Shown: piece after piece, positions 19,228 to 29,014 of the stretch
Layout of the letters: the number at the start of each line of letters is the position of its first letter
How positions within the stretch are numbered: position 1 is the first letter of the stretch
Origin: Coleofasciculus sp. B1-GNL1-01
GTDB taxonomy: Bacteria > Cyanobacteriota > Cyanobacteriia > Cyanobacteriales > Coleofasciculaceae
Length of the DNA stretch: 64,000 nucleotides
Assembly (NCBI GenBank): GCA_040220235.1
Contig: JAVJTO010000157.1
Strand: one strand, 5' to 3'
Program-made: the position numbers and the translations under genes
The notes under the pieces: generated by a model
Told to the model about the DNA's origin: nothing
Seen by the model: only the letters and a program-made list of their open reading frames with translations
Database searches by the model: none

Positions 19228-20991
19228 ATGAAAAAGTTTTTGTTACTGTGTTTGTTTGTAATTGGGCTAGGTTTTGCCCTGTTCAACTTTAAAGGGTTGG
19301 CAAATCAGGGGGAATTTGGCTCAATTGTACTGGATTTCCGGGAAGATATTCCCGCCACAGAGATTAGCGCTGAGGTGGACGCGATCGCACAAAAATACGG
19401 TGTGACGCCGCGACTCAATAGCGAATTCTCTGACGTTGACAATATTTACATTTTGGAGGGAGATAAACAAGTCCTGCGTCAGCTCAAACGGTCAGAACTG
19501 GCAAAAGACACTGAATATATTGAACCCAACTACATCTACAGTACGTTTTTTGTTCCCAACGACCCCAGCTATAGCCAGCAATGGAATCTTCGCAGCATTA
19601 ATGTGGAAGCCGCCTGGGATGAGACGCGGGGAAGTGGGATTACGGTAGCGGTGATTGACACTGGGGTTAGTCCGGTTCCTGATCTCAAAGATACCAAACT
19701 GGTTGAAGGGTACGACTTCGTAAACGATAGAGTTGATGCCTTCGATGATAATGGTCACGGGACTCACGTTGCTGGAACCATTGCCCAATCTACCAATAAT
19801 AGTTATGGGGTGGCTGGTGTAGCCTACGAAGCCAGTCTCATGCCCTTAAAAGTATTGAGTGCGGGTGGCGGTGGTACGATTTCCGATATCGCCGAAGCGA
19901 TTAAATTCGCCGCTGATAATGGCGCGGATGTGATCAATATGAGCTTGGGCGGTGGCGGTGAAAGTAAACTGATGCAAGAAGCGATCGACTATGCCTATAA
20001 CAAAGGTGTGGCGATTATTGCAGCCGCCGGGAATGCTAACCAAAATTCCGCCTCCTATCCCGCCCGATATCCCCATGTTCTCGGTGTTTCTGCGGTGGAT
20101 TCGGCTGGCGTGAAAGCCCCCTATTCTAACTACGGTGCAGGAGTTGATATTTCTGCCCCTGGTGGTAGTGAAGCGGGTAAGATTGTCCAAGAAACCATTA
20201 ATCCCAAAACCAAAACTGCCATGTTTTCTGGCTTTCAGGGAACCAGTATGGCAGCCCCCCATGTTGCTGGGGTAGCAGCTTTGGTGAAAGCGAGTGGGAT
20301 TAATGATCCCGATGAAATTTTCACCGTTCTCCAACAATCCAGTCGCCAGGTTGAAGATGATCCCCTCAACCACTTTGGCGCGGGACAACTAGATGCTGGA
20401 GGTGCAGTGCAATTGGCGACGAAGGGACAAATTACCTTCCGTGATTTCTTCCGGTGGTTGCGCGATAACGGTTATCTGAATCTCCGGTTCTGGATTGATG
20501 GTGGTGCAGTTGCACTGTTGCCGAAAGTTCTCATGGTTCTGGGTTCCTACCTCTTGGCGTGGTTCTTACGGAATTATTTGTCCTTTGGCTGGAGTTTGAC
20601 CACAGGATTAGTGGCTGGAAGTTCGGGATTATTCTTCCTGCGCGGCTTCTATATCTTTGACTTACCCCAGTGGCCCCTACGAGTCATGGGCAGTTCGATT
20701 CCGGAACTGGGTACTGCGGTTCAAGGCAGTAGTTTATTAAATCCCATTTTTGCCAGTGTGCTGATTCCCTTTGTTTTAGTGGCATTGTTCCTGGGAAATC
20801 CCCAATGGAAATGGGTGGCAATTGGTTCAGCCTTGGGTGTTGCCAGTTGCTTGGCGGTAAGTGTGGTAATGTCTCCTAGTCTGCTGTGGCTAGGAAGTGG
20901 GATTGGGGCGCGTCTATTCTTAATGGCGAATGCTCTCCTCTGCTTTGGACTTGCCTATTTTGCCTCTAAAGAAGAGGGGAGATTTGCATGA
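19228..20991 (+). CDS. Subtilisin-like S8 serine peptidase with C-terminal multi-TM domain
   Basis: Triad motifs AVIDTG, HGTHVAGT, GTSMAAPHVAG; hydrophobic C-terminal third. Confidence 0.93.
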   Translation: MKKFLLLCLFVIGLGFALFNFKGLANQGEFGSIVLDFREDIPATEISAEVDAIAQKYGVTPRLNSEFSDVDNIYILEGDKQVLRQLKRSELAKDTEYIEPNYIYSTFFVPNDPSYSQQWNLRSINVEAAWDETRGSGITVAVIDTGVSPVPDLKDTKLVEGYDFVNDRVDAFDDNGHGTHVAGTIAQSTNNSYGVAGVAYEASLMPLKVLSAGGGGTISDIAEAIKFAADNGADVINMSLGGGGESKLMQEAIDYAYNKGVAIIAAAGNANQNSASYPARYPHVLGVSAVDSAGVKAPYSNYGAGVDISAPGGSEAGKIVQETINPKTKTAMFSGFQGTSMAAPHVAGVAALVKASGINDPDEIFTVLQQSSRQVEDDPLNHFGAGQLDAGGAVQLATKGQITFRDFFRWLRDNGYLNLRFWIDGGAVALLPKVLMVLGSYLLAWFLRNYLSFGWSLTTGLVAGSSGLFFLRGFYIFDLPQWPLRVMGSSIPELGTAVQGSSLLNPIFASVLIPFVLVALFLGNPQWKWVAIGSALGVASCLAVSVVMSPSLLWLGSGIGARLFLMANALLCFGLAYFASKEEGRFA

Positions 20992-21212
20992 GCATTAATG
21001 TTACGGGCAAAATCGAACACAAGGATATTGGCATGGGGGCTTGGGCTTTAGTTGCCGATTCTGGAGAAACCTATGAACTTCAGGATGCCCCCGATGAGTT
21101 ACAGCAATCTAACCTGAACGTGAAGGTGCAAGGAGAGGTGCGAGAGGATGTGATGACCACAGCAATGATTGGTCCAGTCCTACAAGTGCAGTCCTTTGAA
21201 GTGATGGATTGA
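20988..21212 (+). CDS. Small conserved hypothetical protein, coupled to the S8 gene
   Basis: ATGA start/stop overlap; 74 aa with OB-like beta pattern. Confidence 0.75.
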   Translation: MSINVTGKIEHKDIGMGAWALVADSGETYELQDAPDELQQSNLNVKVQGEVREDVMTTAMIGPVLQVQSFEVMD

Positions 21213-21226
21213 ACTGAAAATCTAGG

Positions 21227-21280
21227 CTCTCCCGTAATTGATGTGATTCCTAAAAACTTATCACATTAGTTACGGGAGAG
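21227..21280. terminator. Long hairpin between convergent genes
   Basis: CTCTCCCGTAATTGATGTGAT...ATCACATTAGTTACGGGAGAG. Confidence 0.65.
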
Positions 21281-21371
21281 TTGCTTTTTGGGGAATAACT
21301 AACATAGCCAAAAGTTCTCTTTTTCATAAAAAGACCTAAGTTCTATGTAGAAAATCAAAATTGAGCGATCG

Positions 21372-21938
21372 CTAAAAATCCCACTCTTCAAACAGTTCAG
21401 CAACCGACATGGAAAAGCCAGGAACGATCGCGTCACCCTCTAGCGTGTCTTGAGGACGAAGTAAGCGATCGGGTTCGGGCGAATGGTAAACCAGAACATA
21501 TTTTTCATCGGGATGAATCACCCAAACTAAGCGAGTATCGTTGTCAAAATATTCCACAATCTTGTCGTGGATTTCTTCAACGGTATTGTTGGGAGAGAGA
21601 ATTTCCACCGCCAGATCAGGAGAACCTTGAAAGAACCCACGAGGGGGACGCTTTAAACCCTTGAGCCGTTCTTTAGAGACAAAAGAGACGTCAGGCGATC
21701 GCTTGTTGCCGTTCTTTAAGGTAAACGCTGTACTAGAATCACAAACCGTTCCCAATTTGTGTTGCCGAACATAGATTGCCAGAAGCCCCCCCAGAAATGA
21801 GCCAATTCCGCCATGCTCCATCCCTGAATTGCCCATATTCACAAGCTCCCCGTTTACTAACTCATAACAATGCCCATCTTTGGACAGTGCCATAAATTCC
21901 TCATCTGTCCAAACTTTTTTCTCAGTGGAGATTGTCAT
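21372..21938 (-). CDS. Uma2 family PD-(D/E)XK endonuclease-like protein
   Basis: YELVNGELV, RSPDVSF, PDLAVEILSP, LVWVIHP. Confidence 0.93.
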   Translation of the reverse strand: MTISTEKKVWTDEEFMALSKDGHCYELVNGELVNMGNSGMEHGGIGSFLGGLLAIYVRQHKLGTVCDSSTAFTLKNGNKRSPDVSFVSKERLKGLKRPPRGFFQGSPDLAVEILSPNNTVEEIHDKIVEYFDNDTRLVWVIHPDEKYVLVYHSPEPDRLLRPQDTLEGDAIVPGFSMSVAELFEEWDF

Positions 21939-22022
21939 AGCCCAAGCTTCCTCTCGATTTTCCGGAATCGCTACTTCTAGTTTGACATGTTACATGACGG
22001 GGAAAAAGGATACATCATTTAG

Positions 22023-22051
22023 GTAGAGACGTTCCGGCGGAACGTCTCTAC
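22023..22051. repeat. GTAGAGACG REP palindrome; related copies at ~5298, ~23081, ~44360
   Basis: GTAGAGACGTTCCGGCGGAACGTCTCTAC. Confidence 0.8.
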
Positions 22052-22112
22052 AACAGTTCTTTTGTCCTAATAGATGTGTCTACTGCTATAACCAATACTA
22101 CCGGATTAACTA

Positions 22113-22907
22113 TTATTGAGCAGAGGGATAGATGGATTTAGCGATAAAGACAGGCTTATTCTCGTATTCGGCTTCCAGTTGACGTTTGACATCCAAATCC
22201 CAAGTTAACTCATAATCCCGCTCAAATTCAGCGGCGACAAAGGGACGTATCTCACCCGTCACGACAACATCTTCACCTTCAACCATGGTTCTCTCCGGTG
22301 GGACTAAGGTGAAGACTAACAAATCACCGCCACCTGCTATCTGGTCTTCATCAAGGGTAAAGGTATTGTTACTCATAATCTCTTCCACTTCACCCTCTAC
22401 AGCCACAATTTGATTGTAGAATCGGCTAGGATCTTCGGTAATTTCTCCGGGGTCGGGTGCAAGTGCCAGTGATTCAGCGACAATAGCAGGCTGTTGTTCG
22501 TAGTCGGTATCGAATTGCAAGTCTAAGTCGAATTCTTCCTCAAACTCTACCCTATTAAACTGACGCACTTCACCGGTGACTTGGACTTCAACATCGTCCT
22601 CTTCTGGCAGCATAAAGGGTTCGCCAGAGGTATTGACTACGATAATCTCATCACCAAAAAGCTCATCCTCTGAGATGGTAAAGGTGACATTATCCAGAAC
22701 CTCTCTCACTTCGCCTCGTATGCTCACGCTTTGACCGAACAGTTGTTCGGTGTTCTCCTCGACTTCCTCAGCCGTTACGTTTTCTTCCTCTTGTCCTGCG
22801 GTGACAACGTCTTGTGTAGTGTCGGCGCAGGAGGGAAGCAGTACAGCCATCAGCGCTAAGGCGATCGCACTGGCAGGTAAGCTTTTACGATAGTGTTTAA
22901 TAAACAT
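22113..22907 (-). CDS. Acidic lipoprotein with two internal OB-fold-like repeats
   Basis: Lipobox LLPSC; two similar units (VSIRGEVREV..VQVTGEVRQF / VAVEGEVEEI..VVVTGEIRPF); GAGAGGA upstream of ATG 22907. Confidence 0.7.
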   Translation of the reverse strand: MFIKHYRKSLPASAIALALMAVLLPSCADTTQDVVTAGQEEENVTAEEVEENTEQLFGQSVSIRGEVREVLDNVTFTISEDELFGDEIIVVNTSGEPFMLPEEDDVEVQVTGEVRQFNRVEFEEEFDLDLQFDTDYEQQPAIVAESLALAPDPGEITEDPSRFYNQIVAVEGEVEEIMSNNTFTLDEDQIAGGGDLLVFTLVPPERTMVEGEDVVVTGEIRPFVAAEFERDYELTWDLDVKRQLEAEYENKPVFIAKSIYPSAQ

Positions 22908-23182
22908 GTATGAATGTCCTCTCTCAATAGTTAGCAAATCTTAGAAGTTAACGCTTCCACCATTCATTCAAAGGCAATCTAGCCGCGATCGCATCTTTCT
23001 CAGGAGTAGCAATCAACTCTATCCGATGGGGGATTTTGGCGATTAGGGAAATGGGGAAGATGAGGGAGCAGGGGGAGCATGTAGAGACGTAGCATGCTAC
23101 GTCTGGGGAGCTGGGGGAGATATTTGATAAAAAAATGATCTAAACTGCTTGGGATATCTTATTGGTCTTCCAGTTGCTGTCA

Positions 23183-24082
23183 ATGCAAAAAGAAAACAAT
23201 CACGATTTAATCCGGGAAGCCGAAGCAACCCGTGTGCAGATACTCAGTGAAGCCCTACCTTACATCCAGCAGTTTGCAGGACGAACGGTTGTGGTTAAGT
23301 ATGGAGGGGCGGCGATGAAGGATAGCAACCTCAAAGATAAAGTGATTCGGGATGTTGTCTTCTTATCCTGTGTCGGCGTTCGTCCCGTCGTGGTTCACGG
23401 CGGTGGTCCCGAAATTAATAGCTGGTTGGATAAGCTGGGGATTGAACCACAGTTTAAGGATGGGTTGCGGGTAACGGATGCACCCACGATGGATGTTGTG
23501 GAGATGGTTCTCGTGGGTCGAGTTAATAAAGAGTTAGTCTCTCTGATTAACCGGGCTGGGGGTTTAGCCGTGGGACTTTGCGGTAAAGACGGAAATTTAA
23601 TCAAAGCCCGTCCGGAAGGGCGCAAGGGGATTGGCTTTGTTGGAGAAGTCAGCAGTGTTGATATTAAACTGGTGGACTCCTTGGTCAAAAGTGGCTACAT
23701 TCCAGTTGTGTCAAGTGTTTCTGCTGATGAGGCGGGTCAAGCCTATAATATCAACGCTGATACCGTTGCTGGCGAAATTGCTGCCGCTTTGGGAGCCGAA
23801 AAGTTAATTCTACTCACTGATACTCCGGGGATTTTGCAGGATTACCAAGACCCCTCCACTCTCATGGCTAAGCTGGATATCCAACAAGCACGAGAGTTAA
23901 TGGCATCAGGCGTTGTGGCTGGCGGTATGATACCTAAGGTTAACTGTTGTGTGCGATCGCTGGCTCAGGGGGTACGGGCGGCTCATATTATTGATGGTCG
24001 AATTCCCCACGCTCTACTTTTAGAAATTTTTACCAATAAAGGAATTGGTTCTATGATTGTGGCATCTGAATTTACAGAATAG
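23183..24082 (+). CDS. argB: Acetylglutamate kinase
   Basis: [40 protein letters not shown]. Confidence 0.97.
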   Translation: MQKENNHDLIREAEATRVQILSEALPYIQQFAGRTVVVKYGGAAMKDSNLKDKVIRDVVFLSCVGVRPVVVHGGGPEINSWLDKLGIEPQFKDGLRVTDAPTMDVVEMVLVGRVNKELVSLINRAGGLAVGLCGKDGNLIKARPEGRKGIGFVGEVSSVDIKLVDSLVKSGYIPVVSSVSADEAGQAYNINADTVAGEIAAALGAEKLILLTDTPGILQDYQDPSTLMAKLDIQQARELMASGVVAGGMIPKVNCCVRSLAQGVRAAHIIDGRIPHALLLEIFTNKGIGSMIVASEFTE

Positions 24083-24166
24083 CGCTTGCTGAATAAGTGT
24101 TGCGGTGAGGGGAGGGAACAGGACACGGGGAATAGAGAACAGTGCGAGCGTCTCGCTCGCTATTTT

Positions 24167-24293
24167 AGTAGGTGGACACAATTAAAGTTAGCGGTGGAGA
24201 TTAGGGAACAGGGAACAGGGAACAGGGAACAGTAAGGGTTTGAGGCTTGTTTACATAACTTAATCTAGTTAAGTTTATTTCCACCAACCTACT
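24167..24293. mobile_element. Putative MITE containing (AGGGAAC)n
   Basis: Imperfect inverted ends AGTAGGTGGACACAATTAAA / TTTATTTCCACCAACCTACT. Confidence 0.5.
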
Positions 24294-24379
24294 TTGTATG
24301 GCTTTTTGGCTCTTTTGGCTCTATCGAGGTTTTCTTCTTTTTTGTCCGACGACTTACCTGTTCCCGGATTGAGAGTACA

Positions 24380-24715
24380 TTACTTACTTCGGTTTAATAA
24401 TCCCGTCAATGGAATGGAGCTTTTCTGGGAACGCCTCCTCGCTCTAGCATCTCGACGCTGTTTCGCCAAGGTTAATCCACTTAACTTGACGGGGGTTTCC
24501 TCTGGCTCATCTTGGGGTTCAGAGGGTGCTTCCTTTGGTTTATCTTTACTATTCCACCAAGCCACAATCCAGCCGCCAGCAATTCCCCCAACAGCACCCA
24601 CCACGATACTGAAGGGAACTGAGTATCCCAGTAAAACCAGACATAGCAAAAACACTAACCATACTCTTAGCGCTACAGGGAACCCCTCGGAGAAACCTGG
24701 CAACAGTTTATTCAT
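24380..24715 (-). CDS. Hypothetical membrane protein
   Basis: Two TM helices with GAVGGIAGGW, then a charged tail; (TCCTTTG)n repeat upstream. Confidence 0.7.
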   Translation of the reverse strand: MNKLLPGFSEGFPVALRVWLVFLLCLVLLGYSVPFSIVVGAVGGIAGGWIVAWWNSKDKPKEAPSEPQDEPEETPVKLSGLTLAKQRRDARARRRSQKSSIPLTGLLNRSK

Positions 24716-25114
24716 TCCTTTGTCCTTTGTCCGTCCTTTGTCCGTCCTTTGTCCTTTGTCCTTTGTCCTTTGTCCTTTGTCAAGGGGCAGTTGTTAAATA
24801 TTGTGTGAAGATAAAATCTATTAATTAGCATAAGTTTAGCTTATATTTATAAGGATTGGCTTGGGTGAAATAGTTAATTTTATTGAAGTGTTGTAAATAT
24901 TTTTTACGAATATGGGAATATTTTTATCGATGTACCTGGAATGATGGGTCTATCCGCTCATCTGTGTAACGCCTTTCTTAACCATTATTAAATTTAACAA
25001 TGATCCCATTAATTGATCGATGTAAAGAGTTTGTGAAGAAGACCAAAAACTAGAGAATTAAACTTTGGACTTATGTATTCTGAATATTAGTAAGCTGATT
25101 ATAGCATCACTAAT

Positions 25115-25963
25115 ATGAATAAGCTATTAATAACAATAACCTTATCCCTAGCTATTCTTCTCGAAGCTTTAGGAGTAAATTCGGCAGGTGCATTAACGAT
25201 AAGAAGTTGGGACAGCGCAAATCAGCGTGGGGGTGACTTATTTAATGCCGGAAATGGTGCATTGCAATATGGTGCATTCAGCTTAAGTCTTCTGGAACGT
25301 TTACATACTATCCTTCCAGGAGTATCAACCCTAACCGAGGCAAATCTTGCTGACGTTGATATATTCTTTCATGGAGCGTCCTCAAAAACACTGACGAACA
25401 CTGAAAGTAGCGTGCTGAGAAATTTCGTCAAAACTGGTGGTTGTCTGATTATTGAAGCCGATTCAACTCGTTCTGAGCAGACATCGGCTAATTCTGTACT
25501 GGAATCGCTAGGACTCGGTTCCCGATATACAGGTGTTGTCGGTGGTGTCAATTCTTCTACAGGTGGCACGTTTACAAATACGGTGTCTCTAACCACTGTC
25601 GGCACATTCGGCGACCTCAGAGGTCAAACATTTGGTACATCTTTAGCCACTGATATTAACCCAATGGTAACCGATATTTCTTCACATGGAGGGATGCTGA
25701 TTGGTACAAATGGCTCAATCAGGTCGATAGTGGAATTTCAGCCCTTTGCTAACGGTGGTAAAGTCTTGGCTGTTGGTGATCCCTACGGTTTTAATCTTTT
25801 CCAGAGTTCAGATGATTCTTTGTATAATTCTAACAATCAAAAAGCCTATTTAAATTTCATCGAGTCTAAACAATCGAGAATACCTGTTCCGGAAACATCA
25901 ACGGTATTGGGTCTATTAACATTAGGGACTTGTGCTGTGGGAAACAAATTCAATAAAAAATGA
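25115..25963 (+). CDS. Exported PEP-CTERM-like protein
   Basis: Signal peptide ending NSAGA; tail PVPETSTVLGLLTLGTCAVGNKFNKK; body resembles a GATase-like fold (LRNFVKTGGCLII, VLAVGD). Confidence 0.72.
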   Translation: MNKLLITITLSLAILLEALGVNSAGALTIRSWDSANQRGGDLFNAGNGALQYGAFSLSLLERLHTILPGVSTLTEANLADVDIFFHGASSKTLTNTESSVLRNFVKTGGCLIIEADSTRSEQTSANSVLESLGLGSRYTGVVGGVNSSTGGTFTNTVSLTTVGTFGDLRGQTFGTSLATDINPMVTDISSHGGMLIGTNGSIRSIVEFQPFANGGKVLAVGDPYGFNLFQSSDDSLYNSNNQKAYLNFIESKQSRIPVPETSTVLGLLTLGTCAVGNKFNKK

Positions 25964-26136
25964 TTAAACCATGGATAATTCAGAAAATCCCCGGGGTGAC
26001 AGTAGGGGGATATTGTCGCTGATTGGGGAGACGCATTGATGTGCGAATCGGCAGTTAGGGAGGCGGATTTCGGGTAGTCTCAACCCTCACAGGTGTCAAG
26101 GCTAGCCAGTTTTTGGTTTAATGTATCGTTTTGCCT

Positions 26137-26155
26137 GTCATTTTGTGGTCATTTT
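26137..26155 (+). promoter_or_regulatory. Putative OmpR-family binding direct repeat
   Basis: GTCATTTT-gtg-GTCATTTT, 11-bp period, upstream of the OB-protein/RR/HK operon. Confidence 0.55.
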
Positions 26156-26202
26156 TCATCAGTATATTCATTATTGTTCCTCAACAGTGTCAGGACTAAA
26201 CC

Positions 26203-26757
26203 ATGAAACGCATCAAAACATTAACCTTGATCGCCGCCGGAGTCTTGTCTACCATCGCTGTGCCACTTGTGAGCCATACACAGACAACCTACACGGGAAC
26301 AGTTGAGCGGGTGTGGGAAGATGGATTTCATTTCAGAACCGGCGATCGCAGCTTCAAGGTGGATACATGGGAACTCTACGGTGATAACACAGCCGAACAG
26401 ATTAAAATAGGCGATCGCGTAACCATCTCTGGAGAATTTGAAAATGGCGAATTTGATGCCAACTCCCTCACCAATGCGGCTACCTCTAAACCTTCAACGA
26501 CCGATACGGAAACTGCCACACCGTCACCGGTGAGCCGCGCCCAGACAACCTACACAGGAACAGTTGAGCGGGTGTGGGAAGATGGATTTCATTTCAGAAC
26601 CGGCGATCGCAGCTTCAAGGTGGATACATGGGAACTCTACGGTGACAACACAGCCGAACAGATTAAAATAGGCGATCGCGTAACCATCTCTGGAGAATTT
26701 GAAAATGGCGAATTTGATGCCAACTCCCTCACCGATGCGGCTACCTCCACACCTTAA
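26203..26757 (+). CDS. Secreted OB-fold (BOF/YgiW-like) protein with a tandemly duplicated domain
   Basis: Signal peptide; two near-identical copies of YTGTVERVWEDGF...GDRVTISGEFENGEFDA. Confidence 0.75.
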   Translation: MKRIKTLTLIAAGVLSTIAVPLVSHTQTTYTGTVERVWEDGFHFRTGDRSFKVDTWELYGDNTAEQIKIGDRVTISGEFENGEFDANSLTNAATSKPSTTDTETATPSPVSRAQTTYTGTVERVWEDGFHFRTGDRSFKVDTWELYGDNTAEQIKIGDRVTISGEFENGEFDANSLTDAATSTP

Positions 26758-26848
26758 ACAGGGCGGCTAAAAGTGTTTTGTGGGCTGTGGAAGGCACAAA
26801 TGCCAAATCCACAGTTCCGATCATAGACTCTCACCCACGCCACAAGAT

Positions 26849-27526
26849 ATGCGAATCTTGCTCGTCGAAGATGATCCAGAACAAATTGAACCCCTCCACG
26901 CCGCCTTGACTCGTTCAGGACATATCGTCGATGCGGTGGAAGATGGAACAACCGCCCGATGGCTGATGGGCGAAAAAGACTATGACTTGCTCATTTTAGA
27001 CTGGATGTTGCCCGGTGAGGATGGTATTTGTCTGTGTCAGCAGTATCGTCAGGCAGGAAAAGCCGCTCCCATTCTCATGCTGACGGCAAAAGATACCATT
27101 GCCGATAAGGTGATGGGGTTAGATGCTGGCGCCGATGATTATCTGGTCAAGCCTGTGGATATTCAAGAACTGCTGGCGCGGGTGAGGGCTTTGCGGCGAC
27201 GAGCGCCCCTCTGGTGCGGTGACGTGGTGCAAGTTAGCGATCTATCCCTGCATCTCGACACCATGCGCGTGGAACGGGGAAGCGTTAGCCTGAAACTAGC
27301 AAGCCGGGATTTTCAACTTCTGGAGTACATGATGCGCCATCCCCACCAGATCCTCACTCACGATCAGATTGAACAGGCACTATGGGAATGGGGAGAGGAA
27401 CCCGAAAGTAATGCGGTAACCGCTCGGATTAGACGCCTGCGTCAACGGTTGCGCGAAATCGGTGTAGACGGTTGGATTGAAACCCTCTACGGCACAGGTT
27501 ATCGTCTTGAACCTCCTTCGGATTGA
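26849..27526 (+). CDS. OmpR-family response regulator (RppA-like)
   Basis: ILLVEDD, ILDWMLP, LTAKD, GADDYLVKP; winged helix ending IETLYGTGYRL. Confidence 0.93.
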   Translation: MRILLVEDDPEQIEPLHAALTRSGHIVDAVEDGTTARWLMGEKDYDLLILDWMLPGEDGICLCQQYRQAGKAAPILMLTAKDTIADKVMGLDAGADDYLVKPVDIQELLARVRALRRRAPLWCGDVVQVSDLSLHLDTMRVERGSVSLKLASRDFQLLEYMMRHPHQILTHDQIEQALWEWGEEPESNAVTARIRRLRQRLREIGVDGWIETLYGTGYRLEPPSD

Positions 27527-27529
27527 GAT

Positions 27530-29014
27530 ATGACTCATCCAGTTTCTGTTGTTCATCAACGCTGGCAAACACTGCCGATTCGAGTGCGGGGAACCGTGAT
27601 TATTGTACTTCCCGTAACCTGTTTGTTCATGGCATTGTCGGCATTTGCCTGGTTGAAAGCCAGCTTGGTGGAAGATGAAACCTGGGTGCAACACACTCAA
27701 ATTGTGCGTTTGGAAACCAAACGTCTCTTGAATGCCTTGGTTGATGCGGAAACCGGAGTTCGAGGGTATGGATTGACCCAACGAGATGAATTTTTGACTC
27801 CTTACAACCGGGCTAAAGCGATTATTCCTAAATCGTTGGATCGATTAGAACAACTGGTACAAGACAATCCTCAACAAACCCAACGAATACAGGATATTCG
27901 GACAGGGGTTGATGAGAATCTAAGGATTTTTCAACAGAAATTAACCTTACAGCGAGAACTAAAACTCATTCAGGGACAAACCGATATTTTTGTTCCAGTT
28001 GCCTCTCTCTATGCGTGGTTAGAGGAAGGAAAAGCGACGATGGATGCTACCCGAACAGAAATCGATCGCTTTGCCCAAACCGAGGAAGAATTATGGGTAC
28101 AACGCCGACAACACCAAGACTTTTATCGACAAATTACCTGGATTGTGTTATGTATTTTTGGCGTAATTGGGACGCTCAGTGCCTGGTTTGCCGTTCACCT
28201 TTTCTATCAGTTGGAACGAGAGTTAGCCAACCGGGAAGATCGCTTGCGTCAAACGAATCAACGTTTGGAGATTGTCTGTGAGCAACTCCAACGATTTACC
28301 GCCAATGCCTCTCATGAATTGCGGGCGCCTTTAGCGGCAGTGTTGAGTAATGCTCAGGTGGGATTGATGGATCTCGATGACTTGGAAGAGGAGTCAATTC
28401 CACTGCGCCAACGACTCGACAAGATTGTCAATTTGACCAAACAGATGAGTTCACTGGTGAGTGACTTGTTATTTTTGGCGCGACATGAAGGGTTATTGGC
28501 GGCTGATTCACTCCAATGTGTTGATCTGACCGATTTATTAAGTAATTTAGTGGTCGATTGGCTACCGCAAGGGAAAACCCATCAGCTAACGCTAACGAGT
28601 CAGTTACCCAAAATGGCGGTTGAAGTGAATGCCGATGCCAACTTGTTGCAGCAAGCGATCGCGAATCTCCTCAGTAATGCTTGCCGCTATACACCCGCCG
28701 GAGGCATGATCGAACTGCGTCTACTTACACGCACCGATCAAGCCTTGATTCAGGTTGAAGATACTGGAATCGGTATTCCCCCAGAGGCTCTACCTCATCT
28801 GTTTGAACGGTTTTATCGCGTTGATTCAAAGCGTGCCAAAGCCTCCGGCGGCTTTGGCTTAGGATTAGCGATCGCACAACAGATTGTTCAGGCTCATGGG
28901 GGACACATCAACGTTACCAGCACCCTGGGACAGGGTTCGACGTTTCAAATTTCTCTACCCTTGAACATTTCCACGAAGGCGGCGCAAAACCTCAACAGGA
29001 ATGGCATAAAATGA
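27530..29014 (+). CDS. CHASE3 sensor histidine kinase
   Basis: TM-CHASE3 ([19 protein letters not shown])-[23 protein letters not shown]. Confidence 0.93.
   Translation: MTHPVSVVHQRWQTLPIRVRGTVIIVLPVTCLFMALSAFAWLKASLVEDETWVQHTQIVRLETKRLLNALVDAETGVRGYGLTQRDEFLTPYNRAKAIIPKSLDRLEQLVQDNPQQTQRIQDIRTGVDENLRIFQQKLTLQRELKLIQGQTDIFVPVASLYAWLEEGKATMDATRTEIDRFAQTEEELWVQRRQHQDFYRQITWIVLCIFGVIGTLSAWFAVHLFYQLERELANREDRLRQTNQRLEIVCEQLQRFTANASHELRAPLAAVLSNAQVGLMDLDDLEEESIPLRQRLDKIVNLTKQMSSLVSDLLFLARHEGLLAADSLQCVDLTDLLSNLVVDWLPQGKTHQLTLTSQLPKMAVEVNADANLLQQAIANLLSNACRYTPAGGMIELRLLTRTDQALIQVEDTGIGIPPEALPHLFERFYRVDSKRAKASGGFGLGLAIAQQIVQAHGGHINVTSTLGQGSTFQISLPLNISTKAAQNLNRNGIK

Noticed and set aside
24294..24797. 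167-aa plus-strand ORF
   Set aside because: Antisense shadow of the 24380..24715 gene, ending in a heptamer repeat.
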